This document shows, one piece after another, positions 56,440-64,000 of a stretch of DNA of 64,000 bases. The notes beneath the pieces were generated by a model. The model was given only the letters and a program-made list of their open reading frames with translations, was not told the DNA's origin and did not search any database. The position numbers and the translations under genes are program-made. The stretch is from Octopus vulgaris (lineage: Eukaryota): the NCBI GenBank assembly GCA_951406725.2, contig OX597822.1, positions 37,944,001 through 38,008,000 on the forward strand, given 5' to 3'. Position 1 is the stretch's first letter, and every line of letters starts with the position of its first letter.

Positions 56440-57480
56440 CCACCACCAATAAACCAGCGTTGCCACCTTGCTTTCTTTTCTGGGTGAGAATGCTGCTTTA
56501 AACCCCATATATTTGCTCTTTTTCTTCTTCAAACCCTCGATACGTCTCTCTTTCTTCAGAAATGGGACAAACGCCGGGAAAGTTGAGGAAGTTTCTCTAA
56601 CCAATGAAGCATTAGGCTTATGTCTTAATTATCAAAATTCATTGATTAGCGTGGTCCTTTATAAGGTTTATTGTTTTCGTACTCTGTGCGTATATACATC
56701 ACATCAAACTTTGAAAGCTATGCGTTTGCAATCCAGGAAAAGATTGCCACAAAGTACCTGGTGAACAAGAGAGCCTGTGACACTCTTGTAATCCCAAGGT
56801 GCAACCGCACGTGTAAGCTATGTCATGTTTCTGTGCAAGACATGACGCATGTGATTAGCAGCTATCATAAAATGTCGTCACGGTACTATCTCCCTATGTT
56901 GCTGCTAAACAACACGATGTTGTTGCTAAAACAATTTACAATGCCATCTGCAAAAAATATTGTCCTGAAATAAACTTAGAAAATCCCTCTGTTATGGAAT
57001 ACATTCAGAAACACCAACTCAAGGAATACTGGTGGAATATTCTCATCAAAATTTCTGTCAAATGTAAGCATAACAAGTCGGATATTGTTGTTTGGGACAG
57101 AGGGGCAAAAGTATGTACCATCTTAGAAGTTAGCTGCCCTGCAGCTATAAATATCTCTTTGAAAATCAAAGAAAAGGAGGACATCTATGGGCAACTGCTT
57201 CGAAACCTCCAACTTCTATATCTAGACTATGAATTCATATTCATACCAATAATAATTGGAACACTACGTTTTGTTAATAAATGCTTAAAGGAGAATCTGG
57301 ATAAACTGGGATTTTCAGAAAGAGAAATTGATCGGCTGATCTGTACAAGTGCAATCTGTGAGTGGAACAGTAAAAATGTGCAAGACTTTTCTCAAGTCCC
57401 AAATGTGAATTCGTCTGTGTTAACTACATCCCAATGATGGAGCCTTGCATCTTTGTTAGAAACCGGCTCCCTCCTCAGCG
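56440..57480 (+). pseudogene. RLE-type (R4/NeSL/R2-group) LINE C-terminus: Zn knuckle + restriction-like endonuclease
   Basis: FAIQE, CKLCHVSVQDMTHVISS, HNKSDIVVWD (PD motif), ILEVSCP, KEKEDIY and IPIIIGTL. Frameshifted. Confidence 0.8.
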
Positions 57481-57880
57481 GAAGATTTACAATAATTAAA
57501 ACTAGAAGAGACATACATACATACATACGCACATAGGGCATGAATACATATATACATAAGTATATATATATATGTACACACACGCGCACACACATATTAA
57601 TACATGTGTATATTATCTTGGCCACAGCCTAAAAGAATATATGTATACATATATTAACACATACTTATAATTACGTAAATACAACTCAGTGTATATTAAT
57701 ATATAGGTATATGCATGCATACACACATACAAAGACACACACATATACATATACAAATATATATACGCATACTTACATATATATGAATAAAAATATATCT
57801 GAATGTATGTATGTATGTATATACATACATATATATATGTGAGTATGCATATATATATATATATCTATATATATATATGC

Positions 57881-57919
<39 letters not shown>

Positions 57920-57928
<9 letters not shown>

Positions 57929-57962
57929 TATAGGTATATATATATGTGTATATATGTGTGTA

Positions 57963-58008
<46 letters not shown>

Positions 58009-58084
58009 TACACACATATATATATACCTATATGATATATATATATATATCATATAGGTATATATATGTGTGTATATATGTGTG

Positions 58085-58125
<41 letters not shown>

Positions 58126-58221
58126 TACACACACATATATACACATATATATATATACCTATATGATATATATATATATATATATCATATAGGTATATAT
58201 ATGTGTGTATATATGTGTGTA

Positions 58222-58257
<36 letters not shown>

Positions 58258-58410
58258 ACACACATATATACACATATATATATATACCTATATGATATAT
58301 ATATATATATATATCATATAGGTATATATATGTGTGTATATATGTGTGTATGCATATATATATATATCATATAGCTGTATATATATGTGTATATATGTGT
58401 GTATGCATAT
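57920..58410. repeat. Array of alternately inverted units of about 60 bp
   Basis: TATCATATAGGTATATA...GTGTGTATG alternates with its reverse complement CACACATATATACAC...TATACCTATATGATA, about 8 units joined by (TA)n. Confidence 0.85.
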
Positions 58411-58550
58411 ATATAGTGATAGATAGATGGATAGATTCATAGACACATACCTACATGCATTCATATATACATACATAAATGCATACATTGATACATATGT
58501 ACATATACACACAAACACATACATACACACACGCATACACAAACTTACAT

Positions 58551-58601
<51 letters not shown>

Positions 58602-58984
58602 TTTGCGTCTGCCTCCTTTATGCTTATATTTGCATCCCACATTTTAGGGTGCATCCTGTAATCCAAGAACCAATGTACCCGGGACATACCTTAGATGGTA
58701 GAGTGCTAAATCGTTCAATACTGGCTGCTATTTCTAGTACATCTACCGACCACAAAGACCGATTGTCTTCTCGGCTCGACTGAGGCAAAGATAAACAGCA
58801 GCACACAGCTTTATGCTGCCTCCAGCACAAGGTTCGATCTGTAAGCTTCGTCTGGAAACGGTCATATTTCGCCGCCAGGCAGAATTAGCGTGACGTTCGA
58901 AGACATGTGTGTGTGTGTGCGCGCGCTTGCATACTATATATTTATATATACGCATACACACACACACACGCATATATATATATA

Positions 58985-59015
<31 letters not shown>

Positions 59016-59052
59016 GTATGTATGTATGTATATATGTATATATGTATATATG

Positions 59053-59202
<150 letters not shown>

Positions 59203-60224
59203 TGCTTCAGAATGACTGGATCCGCATGGCTGAAACAAACAAAATAATAAAAGTATATATATATATATATATGCGCATATATAAATATGCATTTGTTTAT
59301 ATTATGCGTGTGTGTGTGTGAGTGTGAGTGTGTGTGCGTGTGCGTACCCATGCACGTGCGGTGCGAGTGTGTATATTTATATATGTATGAATTCTTATGT
59401 GTATAATATACACACACGCACATACACACATACATTCACGCGCACACTCACGCATACACGCACACATATACACACTCACGCACACAACACACAACACACA
59501 CACACACACACACACACGTTTCTCCTGATCATTAAGTGTTTCGGGTTTCTCCATACCTGACACCATTGCCCATGTGACGATCCAGCCACACTTGATCAAG
59601 TCCCATCTATCCTGTTACAACACGGAACAGTACCCATTCAGGTCTCACACTTTCTCATTAAAACCCACATTGAATCGACAACTGTTGTCTCTAAAGTCAG
59701 CTTGATGACATTACACCAAACCCCTGCGATGTACAGCGAGCAGTATGTTCTGCAAAGAGATAGGTCTGCAATTCCACTGACATTTTAATTGTTATCCGTT
59801 GTTTCAGTATCTTCCACTGACTCAGTATCTTTCAGTAACTTTTTCTAATTGGCCTCCTCAAAGCAGTACTTTCCCGATGACAAATTTCAATTCCATCCGT
59901 AGAACTAATTATATATGTGTACGTTTACACATGTTTATATACATGTGTATATATATATATATATATATAAATTAAATTAGGGATAAAACCACTATTAGGC
60001 AAATCAAACAGTGAAAAACATAAATCAAAACGTAGAAATAAAATTAATTGATATAATATACAAAATATATAAAAAATATATAATATATATATATATATAC
60101 ATATATAAATATCTATATATATATATATATATATATATAGTTAATCCAAACAAGAAAGCACAAAAAAACACAACGCGAGGACGTGGAACAAATATAGTAT
60201 ATATATATATATATATATATATAT

Positions 60225-60430
60225 AACGGGAAGCTTTATGAAAATAGACAAAAGACGAAGGCAGGTGGAAAACAAACAAACAATTGTATTAGTATGGCGC
60301 TCAGGAAATATAAATAAAACAAGTCTTTAACGTTTCGAGCCTACGCTCTTCAACAGAAAGATACACAGAGAGAAAAAAAAAACACAGAAAGAAGGAGAGA
60401 AAAAAAATGCGTGCAGTAACTAACGAATCA
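60225..60430 (-). mobile_element. Short Penelope-like terminal element with variant hammerhead (60324-60361)
   Basis: The - strand reads UCUUU CUGUUGA A GAGC GUAG GCUC GAAACGUU AAAGA. Closely similar to 22899-23040. Confidence 0.65.
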
Positions 60431-60906
60431 AATATATATATATATGTGTGTGTATGTATATACATACATATATATGTATATACATATATATATATTATAT
60501 AATAGTATGTGATATATAAAAATATGTATTTATATGTATGTATATATATATGGATGTATGAAGATGCAGGAAAAACAAGCATGCGTATAAACACTATGCA
60601 TACATTATCTATAAATATATATCTTAGTATGTATATATATGTGTGTGTGTGTGTATACATATGAACCAACCTTTGGTCGAAATATATCTAAGTTATCTAA
60701 GGTTTATATATATACATGTATGTATGTATGTTTGTATGTATGTGTGTATGTATGTATGTATGTATGTATGTATGTATGTATGTATGTATGTATGTATGTA
60801 TGTATGTATGCATGTAACTGTAATCGTATTGGAGTAGCAATTCCCTTTGGCATCCAATAGTCAGCAAAAGTCCGTTAAAAAATATAAAACTTCACATGAA
60901 CTTCGG

Positions 60907-60965
<59 letters not shown>

Positions 60966-61054
60966 CATATATAAATATATATATATAATACATATATGTA
61001 TATACATATATATATAAGTATGTATGTATGTATGTATGTATGTATGTATGTATG

Positions 61055-61085
<31 letters not shown>

Positions 61086-61307
61086 GTATGTATATATGTG
61101 TGTATACGTGTGTATTCTTTTATTCCATCAGGCCATGCGGCTGCTATTATACTGGAGCTCCAGTGAGTTCTTGCACTTTTACATGTCGTTATTCTTTGAC
61201 TGATTTCTTCAGGGTGGTGGGATTCCATATCACCATCCCTGTATGTACTTTTATCTTAGTTACTAGCCCTAATTGGTGTATCAGAGAGTTTGATATGCTG
61301 AGCTATA

Positions 61308-61348
<41 letters not shown>

Positions 61349-61391
61349 TTTCGTACATAGATGCATACATGTATACTTATATATATATATA

Positions 61392-61424
<33 letters not shown>

Positions 61425-61597
61425 ACATACACACGCGTATATATGTGTATATATACTTATATATGTATATATACGTATACATATACGTATATATATACGT
61501 ATGTGTATACGTATATATATACACGCGTATATATATATACGTCTGTGTATCTATTTTCATATATCCACATGTGCATGTATACGTATGAATGTGTGTG

Positions 61598-61670
<73 letters not shown>

Positions 61671-61860
61671 TGTTGCTTATATTTAATCAGGTGATTATCT
61701 TATCCACAATTCTGAAAAAACTCTTTGCCATAGAATTTGTTGTCAAGAAATATGTATGTATTCTAATGTATATGCATGTATGTATATAATATGACCTATA
61801 CATATATACATATACATATATACGAGATATTGATTGCATATATACGTTTATACACACACG

Positions 61861-61894
<34 letters not shown>

Positions 61895-61991
61895 TTATAT
61901 ATGTGTGTGTGAGTATATATATATAAATATACACTTATATGTCTTTATATATATATTATATTATATATGTGTATATATATATATTATATTA

Positions 61992-62034
<43 letters not shown>

Positions 62035-62038
<4 letters not shown>

Positions 62039-62344
62039 CTCTTTTACTTGTTTCAGTCATTTGACTGCTGCCATGCTGGGGCACCGCCTTAACTCGAGCA
62101 AATCGACCCTGGGAATTATTCTTTGTAAGCCTAGTACTTATTCTATGCCCAACTGCTAAATTACGGGGACGTAGACACACCAGCATCGGTTGTCAAGCGA
62201 TGTTGGGGAGATAAACACAGACCCAGACACACACACTCACATACATACATACATACATACATACATACATGCATACATACATAAAACATACATACTTACA
62301 TACATATATACATACATACATACATACATACATACATACATACA

Positions 62345-62380
<36 letters not shown>

Positions 62381-62550
62381 TATATATACATACATACAAC
62401 GGGCTTCTTTCAGTTTCTGTCTACCAAATCCTCTCACAAGGTTCTGATCGGCCCGATGATATAGTAGAAGACACGTGCCCATGGTGCCACACAGTGGGAC
62501 TGAACACAAAACCATGTGGTTGGTAAGCAAGCTACATGCCATACAGCCAC
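62035..62550 (-). mobile_element. SINE A
   Basis: Collinear with the family consensus, with an internal (CATA)n. Confidence 0.85.
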
Positions 62551-62566
62551 TATATATATATGTAAC

Positions 62567-62662
<96 letters not shown>

Positions 62663-62707
62663 TATACATTCATACACACACACACATATATACATATAAT
62701 TATACTC

Positions 62708-63112
62708 AGGCGTGACTGTGTGGTATGAAGTTTACTTCCCAACCACAGGGTTCTGGGTTCAGTTCTACTACGCGGCATCCTGTGCACGTGTCTTCTACTA
62801 TAGCCTCAGGCCGACGAAAGCCTTGTGAGTGGATTTGGTAGACGGAAACTGAAAGAAGCCCATAGTATATATTTATATATATATATTATTTATGTGTTAT
62901 GCGTGTCTGTGTCTGTATTTGTCACCCTGCTATCGTTTGGCAACCGATGTTCGTATATTTACGTCCTTGAGTCGTAGCGGTTCGTGAGACGCCACCGATA
63001 GAATAAGTACTAGGCTTACAAAAGTAAGTCCTGGGGTCGATTTCTTCGACTAAAGGTTGTGCTCCAGCATGGCCACAGTCAAATGACTGAAATATGTAAA
63101 AGAATAAAAGAA
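62708..63112 (+). mobile_element. SINE A
   Basis: Collinear with the family consensus; head-to-head with the previous copy. Confidence 0.85.
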
Positions 63113-63186
63113 TGTGTGTGTATGTGGGTGTGAGTATATATATGTATATATATATATATTTATAAATATGTGTGTATATACATATG

Positions 63187-63219
<33 letters not shown>

Positions 63220-63282
63220 ATAATATATTTAACATATATATACATGTCTATATGTATATATATATATACATGTATACATATA

Positions 63283-63341
<59 letters not shown>

Positions 63342-63382
63342 ATGTATGTATTTATGTATGTATGTATCTATGTATGTATGTA

Positions 63383-63423
<41 letters not shown>

Positions 63424-63429
63424 CAACAG

Positions 63430-63462
<33 letters not shown>

Positions 63463-63760
63463 ACAGTAGATCTCGAATCAATAAAACTATAAATATTATC
63501 ATATAATAGCATATAAATAAATATTGCGTTAAAGGGCGGTCTCGGGTGTATAAATTCGAAGGCTGTCCAATTATTGAATTCCCTGTAATGTCCACTGATG
63601 TGGGTTCATATCCCACGGTTAGCCTTCGACACTTTTTTTTTTAATTAAAAATATTTACATGTTATAAGTTGTAGGTCTATGTCCTTCGAGACATACTTTA
63701 TCAAAAAATAAATATTTCTCTTTTACTCTGAAGTTCATAAATTCGCAAGACGTTCACAAT

Positions 63761-63843
<83 letters not shown>

Positions 63844-64000
63844 CACGGAATACTCTAATTCACGTACACATACAAACGCAGTGTCATTCAAAATTTCTTT
63901 TGTGCGATTTTAAATTCATATCACCTCATTAAATTAGTGCTTTGTTTACATTTTGCAGGCGTCTCTAATTACGCGTTCCGTCTTTTATTAGCCCTGCACT

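Overview
AT-rich, microsatellite-saturated animal genomic DNA. It is most likely octopus/coleoid cephalopod, inferred from the tRNA-derived SINE families and repeat style. Nearly all ORFs in the supplied track are (TA)n/(TG)n/(TACA)n/(TAA)n artefacts. One host exon is supportable: a GC-rich coding exon at 19396-20389 (+). It encodes poly-Ala/Thr/Asn/His/Ser tracts and an eh1/octapeptide-like motif ([10 protein letters not shown]), and ends at a canonical phase-1 GTGAGT donor. It is probably the first exon of a Pax/PRD-class-type transcription factor. No further exon is recognisable, so most of the rest of the window is probably one >43 kb intron. Everything else is transposon-derived: three SINE families (about 35 copies), a maT (DD37D) and a mariner (DD34D) pseudo-transposon, a non-autonomous Helitron, hAT and mariner MITEs, Tx1/L1-like and RLE-type LINE fragments, and a Penelope-like GIY-YIG element. 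The most notable signal is a set of short Penelope-like terminal fragments embedded in (TA)n tracts. They carry minimal type I hammerhead ribozyme motifs from at least five sequence families, often as inverted pairs, and one family has a non-canonical CUGUNGA core. No rRNA, intact tRNA or CRISPR was found. Repeat boundaries were read by eye and are approximate.
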